A stretch of DNA of 64,000 nucleotides from Patescibacteria group bacterium (GCA_041649155.1 JBAZNP010000001.1:673183-737182); one strand, 5' to 3'. Counted from the first letter of the stretch, positions 19,832-29,770 are shown. A program made the numbers and translations. Notes: generated by a model from the sequence alone, not told the origin.

Positions 19832-19860
19832 TGACACGAAAAATATTTTATCGATAAAAT
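19832..19860 (+). promoter_or_regulatory. Sigma70-type promoter
   Basis: TTGACA ... TAAAAT upstream of the 19945 ORF. Confidence 0.55.
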
Positions 19861-19944
19861 CCAGTAAGTATCAGCCAAAGGCTGATCGGCCTCTGGCCGA
19901 AAATATAAAAATTAATCGCTGTAAGCGAAAAAAACGAGGGTTAC

Positions 19945-20154
19945 ATGGCAGAAGAATTTGTATGTAGTGAATGCGGTCAGGTGTCGGAAAATGATTATTG
20001 TCCGATTTGTGAGAGCAAAATGGTCAAGCTTGGCGATTTTGACGACATGTCATATGAATCAGATGAAAATGACGAAGATGAAGACGAATTTGACACTATG
20101 AATGGAGATTTTGATGCCGACGATCTAGAGGAGGGTCTGCCAAACTTCGCTTAA
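19945..20154 (+). CDS. Small Zn-ribbon protein with acidic tail
   Basis: CSECG..CPICE then D/E-rich tail; GAGGG RBS; terminator-like hairpin 20171-20197. Confidence 0.7.
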   Translation: MAEEFVCSECGQVSENDYCPICESKMVKLGDFDDMSYESDENDEDEDEFDTMNGDFDADDLEEGLPNFA

Positions 20155-20263
20155 AAAGATAAAACAAGATCCCGGGAAGTATTAGCTCGGGTTTTTTGTA
20201 TGGGTTATCGAAATTGTAAGATAAATATGATATCCTGAGGCTAAATTAAGATGAGGATTCAAA

Positions 20264-21616
20264 ATGAAACTTTTTAATACAATGGCAAGAGAAAAAGAGG
20301 AATTAATATCAATTGAAGATAAAAAAATACGATTATACACTTGTGGTCCGACTGTCTACGACGCTGTCCATATTGGCAATTTGCGCGCATATGTTGTAAA
20401 CGATTTATTAAAACGAACTTTAACTGAAAACGGATACAATGTTACTCATGTCATAAATATCACAGATGTTGATGACAAAACCATAAGGCGATCTGAAGGA
20501 AAAAAAGCTGCCTTTGAAAAACTTGTGAAAAAGTATGAAGAAAAGTTTTGGTCTGACATGGATGAGCTGAATAATCTGCGACCAACTAACGTAACTCGAG
20601 CGACTCAGTATATTGATAAAATAGTTTCTTTTATTGAAGATTTGGTAAAAAAAAGTTTTGCCTATAAGTCTTCAGACGGATCAGTTTATTTTTCAATAGA
20701 AAAATTTAAAGATTATGGAAAATTATCCCGACTTGATAAGAGCGGTATAAAATCGGGAGCGAGAGTTTCTCAGGATGAATACGACAAACAAAATCCAAGC
20801 GATTTTGCGTTGTGGAAAGCGTGGACAGAAGAAGATGGTGAAATTTACTGGGAAACAAGTTTGGGAAAAGGGAGACCTGGCTGGTCGATTGAATGTTCGG
20901 CAATGTCAATGGATGTGTTGGGAGAAACTTTAGATATTCATACTGGAGGAGTCGACTTGATTTTTCCTCACCATGAAAATGAAATTGCCCAGTCAGAAGC
21001 AAAAACAGGTAAAAAATTTGTGAACTACTGGGTTCACAACGAGCATTTATTGGTCGACAATACTAAAATGGCGAAAAGTCTGGGAAATTTTTTTACATTA
21101 GATGATATAAAGCAGAAGGGTTTTTCTTCATTGGATTTCCGCTATTTGGTCTTGGGCGCTCACTATCGATCGAAATTAAATTTCACTTGGAAATCTTTAA
21201 CTGCTGCCAAGAATTCACGTGAGCGACTTAATAATATTGTCGATAATTTTAAAGATGGGTCAAATGGCAATATCGATAAAAAATATTATGATGATTTTAT
21301 AGAAGAAATATCTGACGATATAGATGTACCTGGTGCCTTAGCTGTTTTGTGGAACATGCTTCGCGACGAGAACATTGGTCGGGCGGATAAGTATAAAACA
21401 GCACTTTTAATGGACAAAGTTTTTGGCTTAGACCTTGGCCAAATAAAAGAAGAGAATATTCCTCAGGAAATCACAAAACTTGCAGAAGAGCGAAAAGGAG
21501 CTAAGGCTAATAAAGATTTTCAGTTAGCGGATGAAATTCGAGAGAAAATCAAACAAGAGGGATGGTCGATTGAGGATCTGGAAAATAATGAATATAAATT
21601 AGCAAAAAGCCTCTAA
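20264..21616 (+). CDS. cysS: Cysteinyl-tRNA synthetase
   Basis: YTCGPTVYD..HIGN, NITDVDDK, DFALWK, GRPGWSIECSAM, FPHHENE, KMAKS. Confidence 0.97.
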   Translation: MKLFNTMAREKEELISIEDKKIRLYTCGPTVYDAVHIGNLRAYVVNDLLKRTLTENGYNVTHVINITDVDDKTIRRSEGKKAAFEKLVKKYEEKFWSDMDELNNLRPTNVTRATQYIDKIVSFIEDLVKKSFAYKSSDGSVYFSIEKFKDYGKLSRLDKSGIKSGARVSQDEYDKQNPSDFALWKAWTEEDGEIYWETSLGKGRPGWSIECSAMSMDVLGETLDIHTGGVDLIFPHHENEIAQSEAKTGKKFVNYWVHNEHLLVDNTKMAKSLGNFFTLDDIKQKGFSSLDFRYLVLGAHYRSKLNFTWKSLTAAKNSRERLNNIVDNFKDGSNGNIDKKYYDDFIEEISDDIDVPGALAVLWNMLRDENIGRADKYKTALLMDKVFGLDLGQIKEENIPQEITKLAEERKGAKANKDFQLADEIREKIKQEGWSIEDLENNEYKLAKSL

Positions 21617-21730
21617 GGATAAAAAAGTGGACGGACACAAATGATGCGCCGTCCGAGTAAAGAGGGTGGGAAGGTCTGATTTTTTTAGCTAATAAATCAA
21701 CCAAATGGATTTTAACCCAATATAATAAAT

Positions 21731-22744
21731 ATGTCAATATCTGATAAATCGTTTTGGCGAGAAGTCAAGCGTCCAATTAAAGTTCTCGCACCAATGGCCG
21801 GATACACCGACTCAGCTTTTCGCATAATTTGCCGGCAATTTGGTGCTGACGTTGTAATGACTGAGCTTGTTTCGGCAGATGCGATTGCTTTTAGTAAATT
21901 TAAAGTCGAAAAAAGTGATGGCAAAACTAAAGCAATCTCGACTAAAAATAAAACTACAGCTGAAATGTTGTCTTTTTCTGACGAGGAACGACCTTTGGTT
22001 ATCCAGCTTTTTGGTAAGTATCCGGAAAAATTTGCTTTGGCTGCCAAATGGATTTCGGATAATTTAAAGCCTGATGGGATTGATATTAATATGGGTTGTC
22101 CTGCTAGAAAGGTGGTTGGCAGCGATCACGGTGCTGCACTATTGAAAAATCCTGATCTTGCTTGTGAAATCGTTCGAGCAGTTAAAGAAAATACGAACCT
22201 GCCAATCTCGGTTAAAACCAGACTTGGTTGGGACTCCGATGATCAAATTCTGGAATTTGGACCAAAAATGATATCAGCGGGGGCAGAGGTTCTAATTATT
22301 CATGGTCGGACTTATAAACACGGTTTTTCCGGCGAGGCACGTTGGGAAAATATTTATAAATTAAAAGAAATAGTCGGGGACAATATTGTAATTGGAAACG
22401 GCGATATTAAGAGCATCTTTGATCTTGAACGCCGCATAAACGGCGTTATTGACGGCCGGAATATTACGCTCGACGGAGCAGCAATTGGCAGGGCAACTTT
22501 TGGAAAACCATGGATATTCACTCAGAATACAGATAACAGAATACAGATAACAGCTTTGAAAAAAACTATTTTAGACCATGCAAGATTAGCTTTTGAAGAC
22601 AAGGGGGATAAAGGAATAATTGAATTCAGAAAGCACTTGCTTGCATATTTAAAAGGTTTTCCAGGCTCGAAAGCTTTACGCATTGTAGCGACTAAGATTG
22701 AGAATTTAAATGACATCGAACAAATTTTGTCCCATATTGTATAA
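21731..22744 (+). CDS. dusB: tRNA-dihydrouridine synthase (DusB-like)
   Basis: LAPMAGYTD, IDINMGCP, SVKTRLG, IHGRT, IGNGDI. Confidence 0.9.
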   Translation: MSISDKSFWREVKRPIKVLAPMAGYTDSAFRIICRQFGADVVMTELVSADAIAFSKFKVEKSDGKTKAISTKNKTTAEMLSFSDEERPLVIQLFGKYPEKFALAAKWISDNLKPDGIDINMGCPARKVVGSDHGAALLKNPDLACEIVRAVKENTNLPISVKTRLGWDSDDQILEFGPKMISAGAEVLIIHGRTYKHGFSGEARWENIYKLKEIVGDNIVIGNGDIKSIFDLERRINGVIDGRNITLDGAAIGRATFGKPWIFTQNTDNRIQITALKKTILDHARLAFEDKGDKGIIEFRKHLLAYLKGFPGSKALRIVATKIENLNDIEQILSHIV

Positions 22745-22751
22745 ATAATGC

Positions 22752-22791
22752 GTTATGCTAAATATCGTCGATCGTGAATTTTCAGCATAAC
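22752..22791 (+). repeat. 40-bp palindromic repeat, copy 3 (solo)
   Basis: GTTATGCTAAATATCGTCGATCGTGAATTTTCAGCATAAC; perfect 8-bp terminal inverted repeat. Confidence 0.9.
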
Positions 22792-22870
22792 AATTGGGTA
22801 AGTTAGCTCTCAAATTGGTCTACTCGATACTGCTCATTGTTAGAATGGGGTGGTTTTTTTAATTTTGATA

Positions 22871-22899
22871 TTGACAAAAATTTATAAATGTGATAAAGT
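22871..22899 (+). promoter_or_regulatory. Sigma70-type promoter
   Basis: TTGACA-N17-TAAAGT. Confidence 0.55.
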
Positions 22900-22941
22900 A
22901 TGCAGTCGGTTAGTTAAAGCTAACTGGGCAAGCAATTTGAA

Positions 22942-23098
22942 AATTTTAAATTGAAAACTGGCTGGGATCTGGGGAAATTATGAGTGGCGGTTTTATTCGG
23001 TTGGTCGGCATTGTTGACCCCTTAAAAAATGTGGGTCTGGCCACGCCAACTTCCGACCACTTCTCACCCTTTTCTTGGCTAGTTTTCAACTTAAAATT
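22942..23098 (+). ncRNA. Candidate rod-shaped structured RNA
   Basis: TTGAAAACTGGCTGGGA pairs with TCTTGGCTAGTTTTCAA through several G-U pairs; inner stems. Confidence 0.4.
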
Positions 23099-23341
23099 AG
23101 AAGATTTTACAATAATCTTTGTTGGCAATAGTCAAAATTGTATGAAAGATTAGCGTAAAGGTTTTGATAAAAAAATAAAATGGTTTAGCGGGAGATGTAG
23201 TGATTTAAATCATTCATTTCTCGCTAAAGTAAAAAAATACTTTAGTGAGTTATATAAATGACCCATGGACACAGTGCCTCCCGATCCATGGGTGGCACTT
23301 TGATATAAAACGAATCAAAACGAAAAAATACATAGGAGGCT

Positions 23342-24355
23342 ATGATGAAAAGATTTGGATTCGTAATTATAGTTGTAATGATGTTATCACTCGTTCCGAC
23401 GTTTGTCGGAGCACAGGTTGGTGCTGTTGTTGCAACAAACGGCAACGGCTTTGGCTGGTATGCTGGTGGGGAGTTCATCACGAACACCACAACGGCAAGG
23501 GCGACTGCAGTTCTCGGCATCGATCAGATGTACGAGGACTCATTCTCGTACGGTTGGCGCAACAACGCCGATGCTAAGGTCATCGATGTTGTAACTGGAC
23601 TTTTCAATGCATGTCCCACGGCTTATGCCGGGCCATTCACGACCGGTCCAGATGGACAACTGCTCAAACTCTCTGGAGTCTGGGTGTCAAACTTTCCGCT
23701 TAATTCAGCGGTAAAGAAAGTACCAGAAGGGTGTTTTTTAATTCAACTTGATTGTAATCCTTGTGGCGGCTTAACTGGTTCGTTTACTCCCCCATGTGGA
23801 TGCGCTAAAGGCGAATTGTTCTTTTACGGTCAAGTAGAGGCTGGAAAGAGAACGGTTTATGGAATTAAGATACCAGTCATTTCTTGGTTTTTCCCGAACG
23901 CTTTTGATTGGACAAAGAGGTCTGATTTATTTCAGCCGCTTGGAGTAGTTCCATACAACCTTGTTCGATGGGTGGGCGACAAGCCCTCTAATGCGACAGA
24001 GTTGGCTGATGTAATGATCAACCAGTTGGGTTCAGGTGGATCGTCTCCGGATATCATGGCGATGAGGGCTAATCACGCTATGGAAGAGGGTATGTTAAGG
24101 TCGACAAATGGCTTTAAGATAGCTCTCATGTCAGCAGACGGAACTCCGTTTACAGGAACGCTTAACTTTCGACTGAAGTCAATGTTTGACAACAGCGAAT
24201 ACACTCCCAGCCAGCTTTTTAGAGGACCAGTGTTAAGCTTTGGTCCGACGACTCCTGGTAAATATCAACTTTCCCTTTGGTGGGGAGCTGGTAAAACGAA
24301 GTCTTGGGATGTCGCTGTTGCGAATGACACTGTTATACCGATTCAATTGCCGTAA
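23342..24355 (+). CDS. Secreted hypothetical protein
   Basis: AGGAGG RBS, signal peptide, Cys cluster CNPCGG..PPCGC. Confidence 0.75.
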   Translation: MMKRFGFVIIVVMMLSLVPTFVGAQVGAVVATNGNGFGWYAGGEFITNTTTARATAVLGIDQMYEDSFSYGWRNNADAKVIDVVTGLFNACPTAYAGPFTTGPDGQLLKLSGVWVSNFPLNSAVKKVPEGCFLIQLDCNPCGGLTGSFTPPCGCAKGELFFYGQVEAGKRTVYGIKIPVISWFFPNAFDWTKRSDLFQPLGVVPYNLVRWVGDKPSNATELADVMINQLGSGGSSPDIMAMRANHAMEEGMLRSTNGFKIALMSADGTPFTGTLNFRLKSMFDNSEYTPSQLFRGPVLSFGPTTPGKYQLSLWWGAGKTKSWDVAVANDTVIPIQLP

Positions 24356-24367
24356 GGAGGATGGGCA

Positions 24368-25036
24368 ATGCGAAAAATAGTGATTCTATGTTTAATGATG
24401 TTTCTTTTGCCAACCATAGCATTGGCAGCTATTGATTTGTCAAAGAAGGAATGGTATCCATGGCCGGTTTCGGCTCAAAAATATCGTCCTGCATTAGGGC
24501 CAAGAACATTGCAGGTGAATGTTCCTCCAGGTTATCTGACAAGTGTTGCGCGTTGGAACGGCGGTCGAGTAAAAAATGTCGAAGGATATAATAGCAAATA
24601 TGCACCTTCGATTGTTGACATTGTCAGCGAAACGGCCACTTATTGGACAGTTAATCCCAGAAGGCTACTGGTTTGTGGAAATCCAGAAACAGGGAGGTGC
24701 TTCAACGTTATGAAGCCTTGCCCACCGCCATGTCCAACGGTATCAAAACCGCCATGTGAACCGCCATGTCCACCTTTACCACCACCTTGTGCCATAATTG
24801 GTACAGCAGAAGGATCATGCGCAGTGTATACGAGAGGAGAGTCACAGTATTCTCCGACCACACCTCGAGAAAGCGTTGATAATGGTGGTTGGTCAATACC
24901 ATTCGGAGTATTCGGCTATAAGCCGAATGAAACGACAATTACTCAATCTCCAGATTGCCATTTGACGCCTGAACAGGCGGCGGCAATTGTTAAGCCGACT
25001 ATTGGGCAGGTAACTAATGGTGTTATCTTGTATTAA
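24368..25036 (+). CDS. Secreted Pro/Cys-rich hypothetical protein
   Basis: AAGGAGG RBS, signal peptide, PCPPPCP..PPCEPPCPPLPPPC; hairpin 25078-25105 downstream. Confidence 0.75.
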   Translation: MRKIVILCLMMFLLPTIALAAIDLSKKEWYPWPVSAQKYRPALGPRTLQVNVPPGYLTSVARWNGGRVKNVEGYNSKYAPSIVDIVSETATYWTVNPRRLLVCGNPETGRCFNVMKPCPPPCPTVSKPPCEPPCPPLPPPCAIIGTAEGSCAVYTRGESQYSPTTPRESVDNGGWSIPFGVFGYKPNETTITQSPDCHLTPEQAAAIVKPTIGQVTNGVILY

Positions 25037-25238
25037 TACTTGATGACACAATGAAAACCAGCGAATGCTGGTATCTGCGGGAGTGGCGCTAAAGCGCCAC
25101 TCCCGACATTCTTCCAAATCAATAATAATTATTTATTGATTTAGATAGAGTGATATTGAATAAAGTGATTAATTGAGGTATAAGAAAGCGTTAGTCAATA
25201 ATATTAACAAGCTTTCTTGTTATAATCGAAAGGAAAAA

Positions 25239-26411
25239 ATGAAAGTAATTAAGAGTTTCTTGGAGAATTTCAAAAAACTGTTTTGTATAACAGTTATTTT
25301 GTCGTTCTTTTTATCAATGTTCCTGCCTTCTCTGACGCAAGCTTCAGAAGGGCCTCATTTTGCGGCAGAATTGCCACTATTTGAGGGTGCTAACATAACA
25401 AAAAACCAACAGGGTTATTCTGACCCTGTAACGGGAGATCCTGGTGACAACATCGCTGGTCTGATCTACATTCACAATGATGTTAAAGGCACGACCGCGA
25501 CTAATTCCAAGGTAAAAGTAGATCTTCCATCTACGACTACTAATAAATCAGCTGTTCTAAAAGAGACGTTATCCGCTGATAATGCAGCTTCTATCTCAGA
25601 CACATTAACAGCAAATCTTAGCGCCGATGCTAACATTAATTATGTTGCTGGAAGTGCAAAATTTTACCATGTAGTAAACAACCAATCGGTTGAGATTCCT
25701 TTTCCAAATGGTGATGGGAACAATTTGACCACCACAGGCGTAAATCTTGGAAACCTACAAGGTTGTACCGAATTTATCTATTTTATTTCATTCATTTTCA
25801 AAACTACTCCAAAAGATGTTCCAGCTGCTAACTTTACAGTTGCAAAAACTGTGAGAAATATTTCTTGCGGTGAAAGTAATTTCGTTAAAAGCAATTATGC
25901 TAATCCTGGTGAGACTTTGGAATATAAGATTGATTTCCAAAATACTGGAAAAGCTGCCGCGGACATCTTTGTTGTAGATAAAATTCCTGCAAAAACCACT
26001 TTTGTTCCTGGTTCTGTTGTATTGGTTAGAAACGGTAAAGAAGAAAAATTAAGTGATGCTTTTGTCGGCGAGGGAGTATCTATCTCAAACGTTACTGCTG
26101 GTGAAAAAGGTACTATTAAGTTTAAAGTAAAAGTTAATGCTGACGCGAAAGACAAGGAAGTGCTTGTTAATACTGTAACTTTGTATTTTAATAAGATTTC
26201 AATCTGTGATACTGCTCAGACTACAGTTAAAGTTGCTGTAACTCCTACACCTCCAGTTCCAACTACTCCGGCTCTTCCTGTTTCTGGTCCAGTTGAAACT
26301 GCCAGCGCATTGGTTTCTTTGTCTGGAATGGGTATCTTCGGTTTTATGAGGTATCGAAAGTTTATGGCTCTTAAAGAAACTAAGATTATTGGCGAGCTAC
26401 TTAGCAAATAA
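25239..26411 (+). CDS. DUF11-like surface protein with LPxSG sorting-like signal
   Basis: Signal peptide; VAKTV..ANPGETLEYKIDFQNTG..VDKIP..FVPGS; LPVSG + TM + basic tail. Confidence 0.75.
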   Translation: MKVIKSFLENFKKLFCITVILSFFLSMFLPSLTQASEGPHFAAELPLFEGANITKNQQGYSDPVTGDPGDNIAGLIYIHNDVKGTTATNSKVKVDLPSTTTNKSAVLKETLSADNAASISDTLTANLSADANINYVAGSAKFYHVVNNQSVEIPFPNGDGNNLTTTGVNLGNLQGCTEFIYFISFIFKTTPKDVPAANFTVAKTVRNISCGESNFVKSNYANPGETLEYKIDFQNTGKAAADIFVVDKIPAKTTFVPGSVVLVRNGKEEKLSDAFVGEGVSISNVTAGEKGTIKFKVKVNADAKDKEVLVNTVTLYFNKISICDTAQTTVKVAVTPTPPVPTTPALPVSGPVETASALVSLSGMGIFGFMRYRKFMALKETKIIGELLSK

Positions 26412-26583
26412 GTAAATCTGTTGTCAGTAAATCAGTTATACAAAATTCCTCCGATGTAATGTTGGGGGAATTTTGTATATAGAATATCAAATACGAATTT
26501 GATACAATCAGGAGGAGAGGCTGCGGAACTCGCTTTGCTCTAACAGTCCTCGCCAATAAAACAAACAAGGCAAATAAATAACC

Positions 26584-27606
26584 ATGGATGCAAAACAACG
26601 TCTCTCTGAATTGAGACAAATTCTAAAAATTGACGAGAAAAGAGCGAAAGCTAAGGAAATTGAAGAAGAAATGAATTCTCCTGAATTTTGGCTTGATGAA
26701 AAAATGGCTCAGCAGAAATCGAAAGAAATTAAAGTCTTGAAAGAAGAAATTAAAAAATTTGATGATATAAATGAAATTGCTGAAATTGCAACTGAAGACG
26801 AAGAAGACTTCATTAAAAAAGAAATTGATAAGCTTGAAATTTACGCTCTTTTTAAAGGCAAATATGATATTAAAAACGCAATCATAAATTTCTATGCCGG
26901 TGCTGGTGGAGTGGACGCTCAAGATTGGACAGAAATGCTACTTCGGATGTATCTGAAGTGGGCGGAGAGCAATGAAGCGACTGCTGTTATTTTAAATGAA
27001 TCAAGAGGCGGGGAAGCAGGAATAAAGAGTGCAACGGTGGAAATTTCCGGTTCATATATTTTTGGTAAGTTAAGAGGTGAAAATGGGGTTCATAGGCTTG
27101 TTAGGCAGTCTCCTTTCAATGCAAAAAGCTTAAGGCAAACTTCCTTTGCATTGGTCGAAGTAATGCCGGAGATTGAGACAGACACTGAAATAGGCATTGA
27201 CGCCAAGGATATTAGAGTTGATACATTTCATTCCAGTGGTGCCGGCGGTCAATCTGTTAATACGACCAATTCGGCAATCCGCATAAAGCATTTACCAACT
27301 GGCATTATTGTTTCCTGTCAAAATGAAAGAAGCCAGCTGCAAAATAAGGAAATGGCAATGAAAATTTTAAGGTCCAGATTAGCTCAATTGATGCTTGATC
27401 AGCATAAAGAAAAAGTCGAGGAAATTCGGGGTGACTTTTCTGCACCGGAATGGGGCAACCAAATCAGATCTTACGTGTTGCATCCATATAAACAAGTAAA
27501 AGATCATCGTACGAACTATGAATCAAAAGATCCCGATAAAGTACTTTTGGGCGATCTAAATGGTTTTATTGAAGCGGAACTAAAACAAGTGGAAGGTAGG
27601 GAGTAG
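26584..27606 (+). CDS. prfB: Peptide chain release factor 2, no programmed frameshift
   Basis: GAGGVDAQDW, HRLVRQSPF, GAGGQSVN, WGNQIRSYV. Confidence 0.96.
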   Translation: MDAKQRLSELRQILKIDEKRAKAKEIEEEMNSPEFWLDEKMAQQKSKEIKVLKEEIKKFDDINEIAEIATEDEEDFIKKEIDKLEIYALFKGKYDIKNAIINFYAGAGGVDAQDWTEMLLRMYLKWAESNEATAVILNESRGGEAGIKSATVEISGSYIFGKLRGENGVHRLVRQSPFNAKSLRQTSFALVEVMPEIETDTEIGIDAKDIRVDTFHSSGAGGQSVNTTNSAIRIKHLPTGIIVSCQNERSQLQNKEMAMKILRSRLAQLMLDQHKEKVEEIRGDFSAPEWGNQIRSYVLHPYKQVKDHRTNYESKDPDKVLLGDLNGFIEAELKQVEGRE

Positions 27607-27646
27607 AAGGCGGAAAGAAGAGGGTAGAAAATGAAAAGGAGGGGAA

Positions 27647-28402
27647 ATGCAATTGCCGAAAATTAATGTTGATTGGGGTAAAGTGGGGGATTTGAATATC
27701 CAGAATTTTGATTTTCATTCTCCTTTTGGGAAGCTAATCTTATTGATTTCCGCTATATTATTGCTTTCTTTTGTAACAAATTACCTTTTATCTAGGTCAA
27801 TATTTGGTAGGGGCTACCGGATTTTTGTTGCCCCTGGTGTTATTGTCCACGAATTTTCGCATGCTCTAATGTGTCTTGTAACCGGAGCAAAAATTTCCAA
27901 AATGTCACTCTTTGATAAAGAGGGCGGTAAAGTTGAACATACGTCTCCTAAAATACCGATTATCGGCCAGATTGTTATCTCTTTGGCCCCGATATTTTTT
28001 GGAGCGGTTGTAATATATTTCTTATCAAGAAGATTGGGAATAAATAGTGTGGATTTTGCTACTATCCATTTAACCAAAGAAGGGATAGCGGAACTTTTTA
28101 AATCAGTGTTCTCTAATCTCAATTTTCGGATTGCCAGCACTTGGATAATTCTTTATCTAGTCTTGTCTATCACTGCTACTTTAACACCAAGCTTTCAGGA
28201 TTTGAGAAACATTGTAGCCTCGCTTGGTTTTATTGGAATAATAATATTTTTGGTTTATAGATTTTCCGCATTTCGTTTTAATTTTAATCTGTTGGCACCG
28301 GATCAAATTGTTGTTTTATTGTCGACTGTATCTTTGTTATTGATTTTGGGCCTCATATTAAGTATCATACTTTATATTACATCTAAGCTAATAAGCAGAT
28401 AA
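27647..28402 (+). CDS. Membrane HExxH metalloprotease-like (M50-like) protein
   Basis: PGVIVHEFSHAL, ISLAP, TPSFQD; several TM helices. Confidence 0.7.
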   Translation: MQLPKINVDWGKVGDLNIQNFDFHSPFGKLILLISAILLLSFVTNYLLSRSIFGRGYRIFVAPGVIVHEFSHALMCLVTGAKISKMSLFDKEGGKVEHTSPKIPIIGQIVISLAPIFFGAVVIYFLSRRLGINSVDFATIHLTKEGIAELFKSVFSNLNFRIASTWIILYLVLSITATLTPSFQDLRNIVASLGFIGIIIFLVYRFSAFRFNFNLLAPDQIVVLLSTVSLLLILGLILSIILYITSKLISR

Positions 28403-28416
28403 GTAAAAGGAGAATT

Positions 28417-28722
28417 ATGGTAGATTTTTCAAAAGCGCGTGAATTGTATGATTTACAAAAAAAAGCAAGAAAAATTCAAAAAGAATTAAAAGACACAGAA
28501 ATTGAAGCAAAAAGCAATGACGGTTGGGTTAAGGTTGTGTTTAATGGTGAACAACATTTAACTGATATCGATATTGCCGAAGAAGCATTGAAAGTTGAAA
28601 ATAAGAGAGAGCTAGAAAAGGATTTAAAAAACACTATTTCTCAGGCAATTGCCAGAGCTCAAGCTCATGCAGCAGAGAAAATGAAAGAAATTGCTGGAAA
28701 TCTCAATATTCCAGGGATGTGA
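28417..28722 (+). CDS. ybaB: YbaB/EbfC nucleoid-associated protein
   Basis: KIQKELKDTEIEAKSNDGWVKVVFNGEQ...NIPGM. Confidence 0.88.
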   Translation: MVDFSKARELYDLQKKARKIQKELKDTEIEAKSNDGWVKVVFNGEQHLTDIDIAEEALKVENKRELEKDLKNTISQAIARAQAHAAEKMKEIAGNLNIPGM

Positions 28723-28799
28723 GAAAACAACAGATTACTAATTATACAAATAATACAGATTATACAAATTAAGAATATTATAAAGAGTAAAGAAGCGAG

Positions 28800-29423
28800 A
28801 TGAAAATTATTGTTGGCTTGGGAAATCCGGGGGAAAAATATGAAGGCACGCGTCACAATGCGGGTTTTATGTTTGTTGATGCCTTGTCTGAATGTGAGGC
28901 TGTAAAGCCGGTTGATAGCAAAGTGGTTTTTAATTTTGATAAAAAGTTTGAAGCGGAAGTTGCTACTGTTAATTATAAAGCCGAGAAAATCATATTGGTA
29001 AAACCTCAAACTTTCATGAATTTATCAGGCAGAGCAGTTTCTAAAATTCTTTCTTTTTATAAGGCGTCGCCAGAAGATTTGATTGTGATAAATGATGATA
29101 TTGATTTGCCAATTGGTACTATTCGAATTAGAAAAGAGGGTTCAGGTGGAGGGCAAAAAGGGCTTGAAAACATTATTTCTGAATTGAAAACCGACAATTT
29201 TACCAGAATCAGAGTTGGTATATCTAGTTCTGGCGAGAAAGTAAATCAAATTGAAACGGTCAATTATGTTTTGGGTAAGATCGACAAGAGAGAACTTCCA
29301 ATAATCCAAAAAGCAATATCGCAGGGTATTAATTATATCTTGGAATTCATTGGCACTAATAATGAGATCCCTTGCCATACTATTGAAGTTGTCGGCAAGG
29401 AAGAGGGACCGAGTAAGGTCTAG
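28800..29423 (+). CDS. pth: Peptidyl-tRNA hydrolase
   Basis: IVGLGNPG..YEGTRHNAGF, KPQTFMNLSG, RIRVGI. Confidence 0.96.
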   Translation: MKIIVGLGNPGEKYEGTRHNAGFMFVDALSECEAVKPVDSKVVFNFDKKFEAEVATVNYKAEKIILVKPQTFMNLSGRAVSKILSFYKASPEDLIVINDDIDLPIGTIRIRKEGSGGGQKGLENIISELKTDNFTRIRVGISSSGEKVNQIETVNYVLGKIDKRELPIIQKAISQGINYILEFIGTNNEIPCHTIEVVGKEEGPSKV

Positions 29424-29513
29424 AAAGTAGAAGGTGGATTGTAGAAAGTGGAGAGCGAGCATTCATTCAAACTGTAATTCATGATGTCGAAAAATCCCCG
29501 AGTCGATCCAATA

Positions 29514-29548
29514 GAAAAAGAGACGGCCAGTGGCGCGGGCCGTCTCTT
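29514..29548 (-). terminator. Intrinsic terminator on the - strand
   Basis: - strand AGAGACGGCC-CGCGCCACT-GGCCGTCTC-TTTTT. Confidence 0.65.
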
Positions 29549-29770
29549 TGTTGTCTTGGTGCCGAACCAAGAGTAGATGGGGCAGTGGAGTGCCCAACCA
29601 TCAAGATCATCTACTTGCGGTTTGTAAGTGCTATCATCATAGGCAACCTCCGGAAGGGTCCCCATAAAATAGCGGGTAGTTTTATTGTATACAAATATTT
29701 TATATGCGCAAGTGGACAACTTGAAAAAAGAGCATAAAAGTAGTATTATATGATTTGTTAAATTAATTAT

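Noticed and set aside
22752-22791. Integron attC site
   Set aside because: Ends run GTTA...TAAC, the reverse of attC (RYYYAAC...GTTRRRY); too short; no integrase in the window.
26584-26660. prfB +1 programmed frameshift
   Set aside because: ORF is continuous with no CTT-TGA site; frameshift-free prfB is known in many bacteria.
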